DNA of 63,986 bases, filler included, from Elsinoe ampelina (lineage: Eukaryota), in NCBI GenBank assembly GCA_010093995.1. It is 4 parts of 4 records of this genome, joined end to end, with 100 filler letters (N's around TTAATTAATTAA, not from the genome) between each part and the next. Parts side by side here need not be neighbours in the genome. Positions count along the whole stretch, not along the records: positions 1 to 23,384 come from ML992561.1; 3 more parts are not named here. One strand, written 5' to 3'. Positions within the stretch are counted from its first letter, which is position 1; each line of letters begins with the position of its first letter. Below the pieces are notes generated by a model. The model searched no databases, was not told the DNA's origin, and saw only the letters and a list, made by a program, of their open reading frames with translations. Positions 1 to 13,155 of this stretch are shown here, piece after piece. The translations under genes were made by a program, and so were the position numbers.

Positions 1-42
1 TCTCTCTCACACTATCTCTCTCACACTATCTCTCTCACACTA
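1..42. repeat. Tandem repeat, 14-bp unit TCTCTCTCACACTA x3, at window start
   Basis: Directly visible in sequence. Confidence 0.9.
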
Positions 43-200
43 GGCCAACTCGCTTGATCTTTGTGTTGCAAACAAGTATCGCATCACGGTTCTCATATTT
101 GCCACATGAAAACGAGAATCTCATAAGAATAGTGCTATATCCGCATACCATGCAGGGGTATCATCCAATCCCAAACGCCGTTTCGTCCACCATGCCATTC

Positions 201-1307
201 CTAAAACTCCAACTCCTCAACCTCCATACCACACTCCACACACGTCTTCACCGGCACACCCGTTTCCGGATTTTCCACCGCCCTCCCCCACTCATGCTCA
301 TGCTTCCCACCCCTCAGCGTATCCCCAAAGCTGCCCCCCTCCATGCCCGCCTTCCGCCGCTTATACGCATCCACTCTCGTCCTCCTCTTCAGATCCGCGA
401 GCTTGCTCTTGAATTTGGCCTCTTTCCTCTTCCTCGTCTCACCTTGCCTGCGCTCGAACTCCTCGTCCAGTGCCTCCGCTGAACCCCACTTCTTCTCACT
501 GAAAGCGTACTCCTCCACTTGGAATCGTAGGTAGAGCATCATGTTGTTCCATGTACTCTTGTGCGGATTCGGCCTCTCCAGATGCGGCAACAGGTTCGGG
601 TCCTTCAGCTCAGGGTCCGTGAGGAGGTAGTCCTCCTTCGCCTCCGTCTTGGTCAACAGGCTGTACTTCTCCGCGAACTTCTCTTTGCACCCATTGCAGA
701 CGCGCACAGAGAATGCCTCTTCCCATTTGAAGTCGATCTCGAGGCTGCCACATTCGCGACACTTGCGCGCGGCTTGTTCGGGGTCGAGAGCGTTGATGCC
801 TGGTTCGAAGGGGCCAGTGCGGGCTTCTCGCATCTTCTTGACTAGTTGTCGTTGTTCCCATTCTTTTAGCGTCATACCCTCCGGCTTGTCTGATTTGTCG
901 TGGGCCATGGCTTTGTTGAACGGGTCGTCTTCTTGTGTGAGGAAACCGGCTTTGGTGTCTGTCATCTTGCTGAAGTCGTACTCGACGTACTTTTGGAACT
1001 TCTTCGCGGCGGTGATGCCGTTGTCTTTCGGGTAGGAGAGCCCATTTGAGGGGCCCTGACGAGCATCTCGCTGGTTCGGCGCGGAGGCACGAGTGGATGT
1101 GAGGGCGCTGTGTGGTCGTTTGTTGCCTGTCGTGAAGTCGGATGAAGTGTCTCGAGCGGCTGCAGCAAGCTGTTGATTGCGCAGTGCTTTCGCTTTGAGT
1201 CGAGCTTCTTCCATTCGTCGGACCTGTTCCGGTGTGATGGGGGCGGCGGGCAAGTCACCTGTATGAGTCCGCCTCGGTGGCGTGCTGGGACGGATAGATT
1301 CTGCCAT
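201..1307 (-). CDS. RAD14: DNA damage recognition protein Rad14/XPA (nucleotide excision repair), intronless
   Basis: YVEYDFSKMTDTKAGFL motif, C4 zinc finger (CREC...CNGC), XPA C-terminal motifs LLTKTEAKEDYLLTDPEL and PNPHKSTWNNMMLYLR, terminal CVECG. Confidence 0.96.
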   Translation of the reverse strand: MAESIRPSTPPRRTHTGDLPAAPITPEQVRRMEEARLKAKALRNQQLAAAARDTSSDFTTGNKRPHSALTSTRASAPNQRDARQGPSNGLSYPKDNGITAAKKFQKYVEYDFSKMTDTKAGFLTQEDDPFNKAMAHDKSDKPEGMTLKEWEQRQLVKKMREARTGPFEPGINALDPEQAARKCRECGSLEIDFKWEEAFSVRVCNGCKEKFAEKYSLLTKTEAKEDYLLTDPELKDPNLLPHLERPNPHKSTWNNMMLYLRFQVEEYAFSEKKWGSAEALDEEFERRQGETRKRKEAKFKSKLADLKRRTRVDAYKRRKAGMEGGSFGDTLRGGKHEHEWGRAVENPETGVPVKTCVECGMEVEELEF

Positions 1308-1721
1308 CTTGAAGTGATGAGATGGTCTCCAAGATCATTATAGAAAGAGGTATGCGGTAAGTAAACTCCAGCCTCTACCTACAGCACAAGGCAGGCAACG
1401 AGGTTCTTGGTGCAAGGAAAGTGTTTATAAGCTGGTCCAGGCCCGTGCGCGCAGCTCTGCACAAATAACTCATGCCCTCGCAACTTCGCTTCCTAATCTC
1501 ACTTACATCTCTGTAAGTAACAAGTACTAGGACAAGGAGACCTCCTCGAAGGCTTGAGAAGTATTACATGCGTGTAGATTAACCTTTCTGAATGTGCACA
1601 CGAAACGACAAGTCTGAGATCCCTTGCTATATAGCGAGGGAATAAGTACTAACGCTCCTAGACGTGCCGCGGAAATCATTACAACTATTGTGATCCATGC
1701 TACTTCGACCCTCCTAGATGA

Positions 1722-2123
1722 TCACCAGTCTTCCCACGACCGAATTTGCCTTCCTTGCCCCATGTCGCCCGTTTGGTAGTCAACGTGCCATTCCTCTTCG
1801 CCGCTCCTGTACTGAATATTCCAGTCATCGGGGTTAGGGGACTTCTCCTTCTCCAATCGAGTTTCATCCACTGGATTCTTCCATGTAGTCGTCTTCAACT
1901 TATGGTTACTGTAATAGATCCGACCTTTACCATCGATTTTCGCCTCCCAAGGATAAGTGACAGCCGGCGGGGAGCCTTCAAGTGGACGCAAGAATGTTTG
2001 CTTGCCGGTCTTGATGTTTGTGTACTGGTAAAGCTTGAAGCAGCTGAGATACTCGCGGATCCAACCCTCAGGCAGTGGTTTCTCCTTCTCTGCGGAGTTC
2101 CGCTTCATGAATGGAAAGCACAT
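1722..2123 (-). CDS. Small protein composed of two WW domains plus a degenerate third (133 aa from first ATG)
   Basis: LPEGW...YQYTNIKTGKQTFLRP and PWEAKIDGKGRIYYSNHKLKTTTWKNP match the WW consensus; ATG at 2123 (ORF track start at 2147 is TTG). Confidence 0.75.
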   Translation of the reverse strand: MCFPFMKRNSAEKEKPLPEGWIREYLSCFKLYQYTNIKTGKQTFLRPLEGSPPAVTYPWEAKIDGKGRIYYSNHKLKTTTWKNPVDETRLEKEKSPNPDDWNIQYRSGEEEWHVDYQTGDMGQGRQIRSWEDW

Positions 2124-2502
2124 GTCAGAGTTTGGAAAATCTTCCAAGAAGGACAGCTTCGAGCAAAGGCGCAGGCCCAGTGGACGAAGCTGGATGTGGG
2201 TTGTCTATTTATCCTTACCCCTGGCAAATGACTCAGCCAGCTCTTATGCAGGTTCCTTTGATCCATGTAGCCTTCACAGGCCTCCAGATGATGATTTCAT
2301 GTATGTACCACCACAATGCAGCTTGTGCACAGCTTCCTTTTAGTCTTGTTATTGTCGTTGTCGTTATCCTGAACAGCGGTAAGGCCAGGGACTTCTATTG
2401 CCGGAACGTCATTCCGCGAGGCAGCCATTGTCACGTTTTGCACCAGATTCCCACGCATCATGTACACAGAGATGTTGAGATTGCAAGACGTTTCTACAAT
2501 TC

Positions 2503-3904
2503 CTACGGTACTTTCGCCTTTGGCTTCTGCAACCCCCCTAATACAAGTCCTAGCACTGCACACATACCCATGGCTCCCAAGCCATAAGCATACTCTCGGC
2601 CAGTCCACCAATACAGCGTGCAGAAGCCTAGCGGACCTAGTGCTCGTCCCAACTGACCCCATGATCTGTGATTCCCGAGCTTCCCTCCCCTCTCGTCATC
2701 ACTGGCTTCAAAGCTGCTCAGACTGTTCAGTCCGGTCACTACAGTCGCGCTCGTCACTGCCAGTAGTCCAGCAGCGACGTAAAGCATCTTCTCCGTCTCC
2801 AGCCTGCCCAGGATGAAGAACGCAGCGGTGCATGACATGACACCCAATTGAACAACTCGAAGTGGATGCATACGACGAGTCACTGCGCCTTGCAGGATCG
2901 ACGCTACCAGGCCGATGAATCCGAGCATCTTTCCATTCTCTTTTGCGCCGTACGAGAAGAGGTCGTAGGTCATGAAGGTGAGGGAGAACTCCATGCCGCT
3001 GAAGAAGAGGACGAAGAAGAAGTGGGTGAAGTTGAGGATGAAGTGGGAGTTTGTCCGCTCTGTCTTCGGTTTGAGGGGGCTGGATATCTTCTCTTTGGTA
3101 TCACCGTTTGCTTGGGCATGTCCATTGCTAGTAGCATATCCATTGGCTGTACTCTTCTGGATGGTGTGGGTCTCTGGTAGCGCGAGGTAGAGATATATCG
3201 TCTCCGTGACGATTAAGAAGAGTGAGAAGCCAGCTGCAGCGGCGAAGGGATTGCTCGCGACTAGTGTGACGTTTGAGAGTGCAGCACCAAGCGCAGGCCC
3301 GAACGTAAACGCGATGCTGAAAGCTGCTCCAACCAGTGCCATTGTGGATCCTCGCTGCTTCTCGTCGCTGATATCCGTCGCGATTGCCAGTGCCATCTGT
3401 ACATTGCCTTCACTCAGTCCTCCAACGATGCGACTGGCCAGGAATGTCCGGAAGTCAGCTGCTACTACCCAGAGAGCTACGCTGAGTATGTTCCCCACCA
3501 TCGACCAGAGCAATGCTGTTCTGCGACCATATTTGTCTGATAGTCGGCCAATGATGGGCGATGCCACGGCCTGGCACATGGAGAAGAGCGAGCCGAGGGC
3601 TCCACCGAGCAGGACAATGTCATAGCGGTCGTTGATTGGTCGCTCGAAGATGTTCTTGTATGTGTTCAAGGCGTCGAGTACACTAGTAAGAATAGACTTG
3701 CTGGACTTGTCCGATTGAGCAGCATCGATGCCTCGGTAGAACTCGAGTAACTTGGGGAAGAGTGGGAGGATAAAGGTAAAGGAGATCTGTCTTTGTCAAT
3801 GCCGCCGCCTGAAAGGGGGACCGAGTGCTCCTTACGAGGTCAAGTAGCAGCGATATAAACAGGACCTTGAGGACCTGCTTTCTGTTGACACCAGCGACCG
3901 CCAT
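2503..3904 (-). CDS. MFS transporter, tetracycline-efflux/MFSD10-like; exons 3904-3836, 3786-2503
   Basis: MFS motif A GRLSDKYGRR; many TM segments; GTAAGG...TTGAC...CAG intron 3835-3787 joins LLLDL|ISFTFILPLFP in frame. Confidence 0.92.
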
Positions 3905-4663
3905 TATAGGAGGAGACCTTGCAGTCGAAAGCTGACGCGGTAAAAGGCAAGAGTGTGAGGGTTAGGAACAAAGGAACGGCATGGATGTCACGCTACTCAT
4001 AAACAGCTGGCATGAATTCACGAAACATGCCAGACCCGCAATTATTTTGGAACCTGCTCATCCCGGCGGACACACAAGATCTCGGACGTGAAGATCCGGG
4101 TGCGCCCAAGCACTGAAACCCTACGCCAATGACGATGTGCCGCCCTGCAAGGGAGCTTTCCCCAGGCCGTTCAGAGACAATTTGGGCGTCCGGAGATGCC
4201 ATGCTCCGGTGGGATCTGCATCAACGGCGACGAATGGGGAACGTGGCTTTCCTGATGATGGTAAAGTTTGGTGTCGGTGAGAATCAAATCACCATGTTTT
4301 GGGACGTCGATGATTGGGCCGAGGCTTTTTGATTGCCAGCAGAGTCGGGCATGGTATACGCGTGTGAAGCCGCGGCTTATACGAGGATTGTGAAGAAGAA
4401 GATGGCAGTTATGTTACGGAGCACGTATGACGCAGCCTTCCCCCTCCTTTCTACTTATTACTAAAGTGGACAGTTGTACAAATGCCCGTAGTTGACTGTT
4501 TCATTCATTTCGTAGTATTTGGCATCATGGTGCCTTGCTCTCGAGCCTGGGAGCTGTTTCTCTATTCTTTCGTATCCTGTCATTATCGTTCATCTCCGTA
4601 AGTGCTCATTGGACATCCAGATCAGGGTCGTTAGATATGCTAAGCGCTAAACATGTTGCAAGA

Positions 4664-5793
4664 TTAGGTCGTCGTGACGGTGTCTCCACTAAAGTTCAAC
4701 AAGGCAGTGTGCATGCTTCGGATGAACCGAGCTGGATCACCATTGAAGGAGTGGAAGACCATGTGCCTCGCGTCAGCGGCGACATCGGCACTACCTGGAC
4801 CTATAAGACCAAAGTCGCCAGACTGGAACAGAGGTCGTGATTGTCGTAGGTATGGACCGGTGACTGAGTTGGCAGTGGCATACGACACGGTGTAGGTGTT
4901 GTCTAAAAAGCATCCCTTACTGAAAAACAGGAAGTACTTTCCAGAAGCAGTCCTAGTAATGGTAGGAGCTTCAACGATACCATCGTCGGATATGCCCAGA
5001 TTATCGATAAGCCGGATAGGATCCCCTTGTAAGGTGTGACCGTCAGCAGCGACACGTTGCAGGTTCAGCGGAGTCGACTTGATCGGCTCGACTGTATTAC
5101 CGCAGAGACCGCCATTGCCAATGGAGTTCCCGTCTACCTTATAGACAAAGTAGCGCTGACCATTCGTGTCCTGGAAGGCGGTGGGGTCGATGCTGCCACC
5201 TTGTGCCAATGGACAGTTGAGCGGTGTGCCCGGCCCACTGTATGGACCTTCAATGTTCTGCTTACGTTTAGCGCATGATCACTGGATAGGATGGCACGTC
5301 GGCGGCTTACAGTCGCTGTTGCATAGCCTATGCAGTGGAACCTGGCGGAGCTGTCTGTGTTTGTGGTCGCCGAGAAGTACATGATGAAATTGTTCGGACC
5401 CTGCATGCGTTGTCAACCCCACCCTGCATTATGGCATTGGGATCATCTCACCAATTGAGCAATACTAGGTGCCCATGTGTTCCAATTAGTCTGGTTTACC
5501 CAGCCAGGAAGGCGAGGGAGGGCGTCTTTCTGAGATCCATCTGCATTGTTGACGACTTGCCAATTGGTAAAGTCTGTTGATTTGGCGATTTGAATGTGGA
5601 TGGTGGTGCCCTTTGTCCTTGTTGCAAAAGCATACCAGACATTGTTAACTTTTATCAGCCCTGGATCTGGGAAATTGGGGGCTATGACAGGTCCAGAAGG
5701 TGCTCGCTCCTTGATGATTCCAGCTCGCTCAAGGGGTAGACAAACGGCCAGAGCGGTCAAGGTCGCGAAGAGTATGATGATTGTCGGGAACAT
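4664..5793 (-). CDS. Secreted glycoside hydrolase family 43 (arabinanase/xylosidase-like); exons 5793-5452, 5400-5311, 5257-4664
   Basis: Signal peptide; GH43 motifs FPDP, WAPS, IDP, EAP, GPG; two canonical introns restore one frame. Confidence 0.92.
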
Positions 5794-6132
5794 GGCTTGT
5801 ATGGGAAGCTTTTGCCGATTAGCCATCGGTCGAGAGCGATCAAAGGTTGGACGACTACTCACCGGGCACCAGCTGTGATATACACAACATCGCCGAGAGG
5901 AAGAGGAGGGATGAGCATCTTTATCAACAGCCTCCTCTTGTACACAGACGTCAGTGCTATCAAATCCCATATAGGAGAGGGTTGGTAGAGCAATACGCTA
6001 GTCTTGAAAGAAATGATGAACCATGCGTGTCCAGCACAGCTGAATGAATCCCATGACGAAGGGCAGCACGAGAAAGGATGAAAGTCTCCAAATACAGGGT
6101 CAACGATCCAAACCTTCGCTGACCGAATGCGA

Positions 6133-6176
6133 GGCTAGGGAGTGGCCGCTTGGCCAGAGCAGATCTCTGGGCTAAA
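6133..6176. promoter_or_regulatory. Two possible XlnR-type sites (GGCTAG 6133, GGCTAAA 6170) about 350 bp upstream of the GH43 gene
   Basis: Match to the GGCTAR consensus upstream of a hemicellulase; short motif, may be chance. Confidence 0.3.
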
Positions 6177-7812
6177 AATGAGCAATCACTACCAGAAAAA
6201 GACCGAGCGGCGAGGGGATTGACTCGAGGGAGGCACGTTGAATATGATTGAGCAGGGAAGGCGGAGTCTCGGCGGATCAGCCATGTGGGCCAATTGTTCT
6301 TAGTCGATCAATATTGCATGCATTTGAGCATGCTTTGCGTGCTTGCTTGAGCTACCATGAATTTTGATCATGTGTGGAAGTCAACGAACGGTATCGGCGA
6401 GCAGACCGAACTCGATGGCGAGGCAAAATTGCGAATGAGAAATCGTGGGACGTGCAACTGGTAAGCAAAGTTCGTAAAATTATTGTGAGTTTGTGGTCAG
6501 GGCGGCCAAAATTATCGCTGCTAACTTTTGCCCTATGAGAGACAAGGCCTTTGCGGCTACTTCAGCTATCAGGCCGGCCAAGTCTGTGCGTAAGCACGTT
6601 GCTGTGTCCATGAATAAGTCACTCTCAGAGCATGACGAGACATTCGGATTGCCTGGGCAGTCGACGGTGACGAATGTGATGAGTGGGAAAATATCGAGAC
6701 GAGTCTCTGGGCGTCGCCCATGTTTGGGATCTGCTCGTCACTTGACCTCGAGTGTGGCCCCTCCACAACTTGGCGACCACTTCTCGGCCAAATGTCGATA
6801 TTGACTTTCAGCCCCCAAAGTCGGCTCGTCTTCTGGAAGGATGGAGGAAGGTGAAAACATGAATTAGTCTCGTGAGATCTGGGACGAGGCGTCGAGACGG
6901 ACAGTATTCACATGAGAGAAGGTGTGGGACATGACAACCAGCACATGTGTTTCCCATGTCCAGACCGGGAATCTCTACCCCTGCCGTTCCCATCTGCTCC
7001 CCACAAGCATATCATGTTTAGCACGGACGCTTTACCCACGAGTCTGGGTGCAGTAACCTGATCGATGCGGATCGTTCGTTGGATCGGACAACAGGTACAA
7101 CCTCACCTGTACCGCACCACGAAAAGTGAATCTTGAAGCTGGACGTGGCTGGCAATAGAGCGCCATACACTCCACGCCCAGCACACCGGTCTTTCTCTGT
7201 CCTCTTGCGAAAGGTCTGCCAGGCCACGAGGATAAATGTGCACGACCCTGGCAGTATATCGCTTGTGACCCGACACAGACCAGAAAGGACTCGGAGAGCT
7301 CGCTTCGAAGAGAAGCAGAAGACACCTGCGACCTGTCATTGGCTCTCGGATGCTCCTGCGACGCCACCAATGGCCTTCTCACCTTCGGGAAGGCCCAGAC
7401 TAATCAAACCCCGCATCGCTTTTTTCCATGTTCTGGGGAAGCGTCTGCTAGTCTTTGCGCCGCAGGATCTGACCACCGCAAAGTCACGCTACCGACTGTA
7501 ATATATATCTAATGTGCTCGAGCATCAACCCTGCACGGTATTTCTCTAAGCGCATACCGACACGCTGTGACGGCTGCACCTCTGGACCTGCGGCTCTGAA
7601 AGGCTCGCTGAGGCGTATGACGGAGCCCGCCACACAGCTGAAGCCCTCGTATTACGGAAGACAACAAACTTGTGACACCGTGCTCTTGCGCTGAAGAATG
7701 ACACGATCTGTGGATAGCGAACACCTTTATTGACCTCAACACCCTCGATTCTAGGAGGCGTGACATTATACACCTCCATCTCGAGTCCAGCTCACCAGGC
7801 TGAGTGTCCACG

Positions 7813-8878
7813 ATGACGCTCAATGTCGAGAAACCTCACGATGAACTCGGTCTCACCCTCGAGGCATGGGCAGGCGGATTCATGACTGGAAGTCTGGTAA
7901 TAATGGCTTGCATCACAGTCGCAAACATGCGACGGAGAGTTCTCTTGCATAAACTTATTCTGATCGAGGTATGTCTACGTCATCGCGCCCGAGTCAATAT
8001 CAAGCGCATAAACACTATTCATGGATAATACTGACACGACCCAGCTTGTATTCGGCATGGTTCAGGGCACGTCAATCTTTCCCGACCCTCCCTACTATGG
8101 CTGGTATCTAGCAACAGGAGGCATATTCCTCAACACAAGCTGGACATTACATAACATCATCGCATGGCTGAAGAACAAGCCCTTCTTGTCGAGAAAGGCA
8201 TCCATGATTTACATCTGGACCGTCATTGCTGCACAACCATTCTGGATCATCGAGATGGTCTCCGCCTTTCTCTACTTCAACAACATCAACAACCTCTTCA
8301 CCTATACCCGACCATGGGAAGCTCTCTTCCGCGATCCGTGGTGGGTCTTCACCTCGGCCTCGTTACTCTGGAACATCAAGCGCCGCTATGATTTCTCCCT
8401 CACCGAACTAATCAAAGTCTCACCACGCTTCGGCATTCTTCTCATCGCCATGGTCGTATCCATCATCTTCATAATCATCGACATCCTCTCCGTAACCCAC
8501 GTCATCTACGGCCGCGGCTCACCAGACGGCATCAACCCCTATTGGAAGCTCGCCTACGTCTTCAAGTGTCTCACCGATACCGTCGTCCTCGACGATTTCA
8601 AGACCGCCCTCGACAGGCTCAAGCAGCACAAGATGTCTGCCCTCGGTGGATTCGCCACGTTCAGCGCATTCGACCACGACGGCCCGCCAGGTACAGTCGA
8701 CAGGAGATACAGCGACGCAGTCACGAAGAAGCTAGAGTTGGCACGCAAGGACTCCAAGGGCATGTCGACCCAGAAATGGGATACGGACATTGAGGCGCTG
8801 GAGTTCTGTACCGTGCCGGAGAATGTCTACCAGAAAGACAAGCGACTGTCGAGGAGTTCAGACAGTCGTTCTGTCTAG
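7813..8878 (+). CDS. Fungal multi-pass integral membrane protein of unknown function; exons 7813-7968, 8045-8878
   Basis: About 6-7 hydrophobic segments; GTATGT...CTGAC...CAG intron joins LILIE|LVFG; motifs RDPWW and GINPYWKLAYVFKCLTD. Confidence 0.85.
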
Positions 8879-9506
8879 GCTAGCTTCTCCTTCTTCTACT
8901 ACAACTGATGATTGTACGTTTCTTGTTCGGCGCGCGAATACCGGCCCGCGCCATTACGATACCCCCGATACTTGCGACACGATCATGATCACGATCATTC
9001 CTGTTCGGTCCGATATATCTTTTAGTTTTATGCTGTCATGGTTCTATGATGATGGACAGGAAAAAATCAAGGCTGCTTTTGTCGGACCATGCTTGGATGA
9101 GGACTTCAAAGGGAAAAGGCAACATATTGTACCATAGCATGGCGCTGGATGAAATGTCTACAAGCTAGCTATCTATTTAGTTGTGTCATAGCTTATATGA
9201 GAAGCGACAGAATCATGTTTCATGAAAGTGATTCAAGTCGCTAGGTCTGTGCAATATCTTAATCACTGCATGTTGGAGAAGCTACATCATCCTTATTCTG
9301 AGGTTAAGCTTCTGCTGGGCGTCAATAATTACTCAGCTTCCAGCACGAGTGCGTAGACACAAGCACAGGTCTACACGTGTTTGCAGCAAGAATGTCAACT
9401 TTGATACCACATCTATATTACATGCGCACTGACTGCAGCACACACATCTACAGTCGCCCCCTCTCCCCTCCCATCTCTCCATGCATCACCCATGCATTTC
9501 TCCTAT

Positions 9507-10141
9507 CTACTCCTCCTTGACACCGCCCCTCCCCGCCTTCTCCGCAGCCTCAATACTCTTCTTATCCGTCTTGATCTCCTGGCCCCCCTGCATCGCGCCC
9601 ATCAAACCCCCACTCTGCTTCCACGGCCTCTTCAAATCCCCCGTCGCCTGCTGGCCCAACAAATGAATCTTGACCAGATTCCCCTCGAACGCCCCCTTGA
9701 GCGGGATAATACTCTGCACCAACAACGGATTCGTGTACTTGAGGTACAAATGCATGAAAGCCATCATGCCCACGCCCATGAGCTGGGCCTTGAACAGAGC
9801 CCGGAGTTGCTGCAGGTCGTAGGCGTAGACGGTCGTGGTCACGGCTTTGGGTTCTTCGGTGGAGCCCATCGGGGCGGGCTCGACGTATTTGAGGACGCTG
9901 CGGTCTTTCTTCTTTTCGATCTGGAGCTGGGTGTAGTAGTAGATGCCGGCGATGAGGAGGTTGGAGACGACGTAGAGGATGCGCACGCCGAGGAGGACGT
10001 TGGGGTCTTCGAAGGGGATCTTTTTGCTGACTTGCATCATGCCGCTGGGGGGAAGGGTTAGTGGATGTAGGGATGGGGAGGGGATGGAAGCGGAGCGTAC
10101 AGGATGATCACCAGGTTGGTGATCTGTGGGTTGATGGCCAT
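9507..10141 (-). CDS. PHO88: Pho88/Snd3 ER-targeting (phosphate transport-associated) protein; exons 10141-10101, 10044-9507
   Basis: Spliced N-terminus MAINPQITNLVIILGMMQVSKKIPFED; LKYVEP, YDLQQ, HLYLKYTNPLLVQSI, DLKRPW motifs. Confidence 0.95.
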
Positions 10142-10658
10142 GGTGGGCGGTGGCGGGGTGGTGCGGCGATGGAGGAGTTCGGTGTGGGTGAATTGATGTC
10201 GTGCGACAGGTGTGGTGGTGTCGTTGGACGTGGAGGCCTGCAGCTTGATGGTGAGTGCTGCAAAACTCATCCGGCGAAAGCTGGCCCTTTCGGATCATTC
10301 GGCCCGCGGACCATCGTCGGCCGATTTCTCCTCTTGGCAGCGGGCGTGGTGACCGACGGACCCAGAGCAGAATTTCTTGACGCTGTCCTTCACTTCTCCC
10401 CACTGGTCCCAAACGCGCTTGGTCCAGGGATCTGCGTTTCGAGTTTTTCTACGAGAAGCGACTGGGGACGGGTGTGCCTGCAATCAATTCGACAGATTAG
10501 GGTTGTTGCACAGGCACACGCTGCCGGAGGGACTTTCTGGATGTATTTCGGGTTGAGAAAAGGTCTGTTCTGGCTAATAATGGAGACATAAGTATCGATT
10601 GCCGCCTGTCATTCTTTTTGTATCTGTCTGTTCTGTCGTGGCATTGTCAGGGTTCATC

Positions 10659-11875
10659 ATGCGTATCCAATCTCTGTCGCTGGCTGGGCTGGCCAGCTCG
10701 GTTTCTGCTGTCAATCTGTACGCCTCTTCGTACGCTGGGACGGTGACTTCTCTTGCCCTCACGAAAGGGTACAATGGCTCTTACTCACTTCAAGCGAAGT
10801 CGACGGTCGAAGGGTGCGGAGTCGATCCAGCTTGGGTGACTCTTGATTCTGAAGCCGGCGTTTTGTACTGTTCAGATGAGGCCATCAATAACCGCGACAG
10901 CGTCGTGACTTCATATTCCACTTCCGAGTCTGGAGTGCTTGAACAGATTGCTACAGTTGGTACCATCTGGGGCCCAGTTGCGTCTGTCTTGTATGCCAAC
11001 AGGACCGCCATCGCTCAAGCACACTAGTACGTTGAAGATGCAACACCTCGCGATTCGGTCTAACGGAGATAAACAGCTTGGGATCATCCGTGACCACATT
11101 GGCCATCAAAGACGGCGAACTCCAAACACTTGAGAACTTCACCTTCACTCAGAATGGTCCTGGCCCCGATCCCGATCGCCAGGATGCTCCCCATCCTCAC
11201 CAGGTCATCCTTGACCCAACAGAGTCCTTCATCATTGTCCCGGATCTGGGCTCAGACCTACTTCGTATCTTTGCCATCAACGAAGACGCCACCCTGACAC
11301 CAGCCACCCCATATCGTGTTGTCCCTGGATCTGGCCCACGTCACGGTGCCTTTGTCAAGACCGGCGACGCTACATGGTTCTTCTTGATCTCCGAGCTTGC
11401 CAACACGGTCACTTCTTTCCATGTCGGCTACAGCAACGGCTCTCTCAGTTTCACCGAAGTCTTCACCGCTGGTACCTACGGAAACATGACGACTCCGACC
11501 GGCGCCGCGGCCGCCGAGCTGTTGATCTCGCCCGATCTCAAGTTTCTGCATACTTCCTCGCGCTTTGATGAATTATTCCAGCTACCCAACTTTGATCCAA
11601 GCAACAGCACCCTGATCCCATCGGATTCGCTTGCTTCATGGTCTATCGATGCCGCGACTGGGTCGCTGTCCTTCATCGGTCTCGCCGCTGCAGGTGGGAG
11701 AGTCCCGAGGCAGTTCTCACTCAACGCCGAGGGATCCTTGGCTGCCGTCGCATTGCAGTCCGACGGCACAGTAACCATTGTCGAGCGTGATGTTGAGACC
11801 GGTGTACTTGGCAGTATTGTTGCAACCGTCGATCTAGGAGCGGTCGGCGTCAATACTGTAGTCTGGGATGAATAG
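10659..11875 (+). CDS. Secreted lactonase-family beta-propeller (6-phosphogluconolactonase/carboxymuconate cyclase-like); exons 10659-11026, 11077-11875
   Basis: Signal peptide; RQDAPHPHQ, VPDLGSD, GSGPRH, PRQF motifs; GTACGT...CTAAC...CAG intron. Confidence 0.9.
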
Positions 11876-13155
11876 ACAACGCCTTTGGAATCAGGGATGG
11901 TATGCATATCTTCAACAAGTAGTTAGCAGTTTTATTCTAGGGCTCTGCATGTCGGGGAGCCGGTCTTCTGGACCACATTGTTTTGTCCCGTAGAAATGTT
12001 CCTAGGGTCCCTGACAGAGCGGGTGGCTTTCTCGATCGGAATCGTGCCTGTCAGGGACCGATCTCCAGCCACCGTCAATGGGCTGAATGATTCTTTGACC
12101 ACATAAAAAGGGCATAAAAGGGCACCGATATCAAGTGGCGTATCTGAGCCTTCATCGATGGCCGCAAATTAATGCTAGCAAAGCGCAGTTTACGCTGAGC
12201 CAGAGAGATCCCCTAAAGCAGAAAGTCTTATACGAGGCGTCGAGCAAATGTATGGTGGTTCACATGTCCGCTTCTCAAGGTCCTCGAGACACGATTGCAG
12301 CATGCTGTGTAATGAGGCACAGACTCCAACAAATGGCCATTGCATGCAACGTTTCTGCATAAGCACACGCGATAGCCAGAGTTAGATGCTTCATCTCGTG
12401 TCTGCTTGCCGAAAGATGGTCAAGCAATTCTTGACATGTTCACTTTTCGGTATAGCTCGTCCCACATGCCGGACACTCGTCCGAGCAGATCAGGAAATTT
12501 GCCTGCAAACGAAGCTCAAGATCCGACACCGATCTGTCAATCACTTGAACCATGTCATGTTGTGACGAGGTATAGGGCCCACTTTTGAACAAGAACGAAT
12601 GACGTGGATGGGTTCGTGCAAAGGCCGGGTGGATGCGCAATCCAAGTGCTGCGGGAACTCTGGCTTGACCACGTTCATTCACTTTGGGTTTTTCGCATTG
12701 CAAGTGACTCAATTGCTACCATTTTGTGAGGAGTAATATCACTTGAACGTGTACAATCAGCTACCACAAAGACTTGAAATCATCACCAATCGCTGCCTCA
12801 CAATCCAAGCCGGCGCAATCTTCATCCACGCACCTCCGCTTCGACGTCAACGTTACTGACTTTTCTCGCCAACAACAGCCCTCCGCTCTTCCCGCTGACA
12901 CTGCACATCAGTCGCAGGACGACTCAAACCTCTTTCATTGCTCTGGATCCCATGCGCGGCGATATGGACTGTACATAGATGCTCAGAACTGGCTCACTGA
13001 CCACGATACATCCCAATCAATACACACCGACCACCCCACCTGCATCCGCCCGAGCATAGCTCTGTTCATTCTCAGCCGCCAAACGAGCTCTTACCTGATA
13101 GAGCGAGAAAACGCCTTCCCTGCAGCACCGCCGTGTCTTTCAGACCCCGCCTAAC

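Noticed and set aside
9507..10412. 301-aa PHO88 ORF with long N-terminal extension
   Set aside because: Read-through of the intron and 5' UTR; the spliced model gives the canonical N-terminus.
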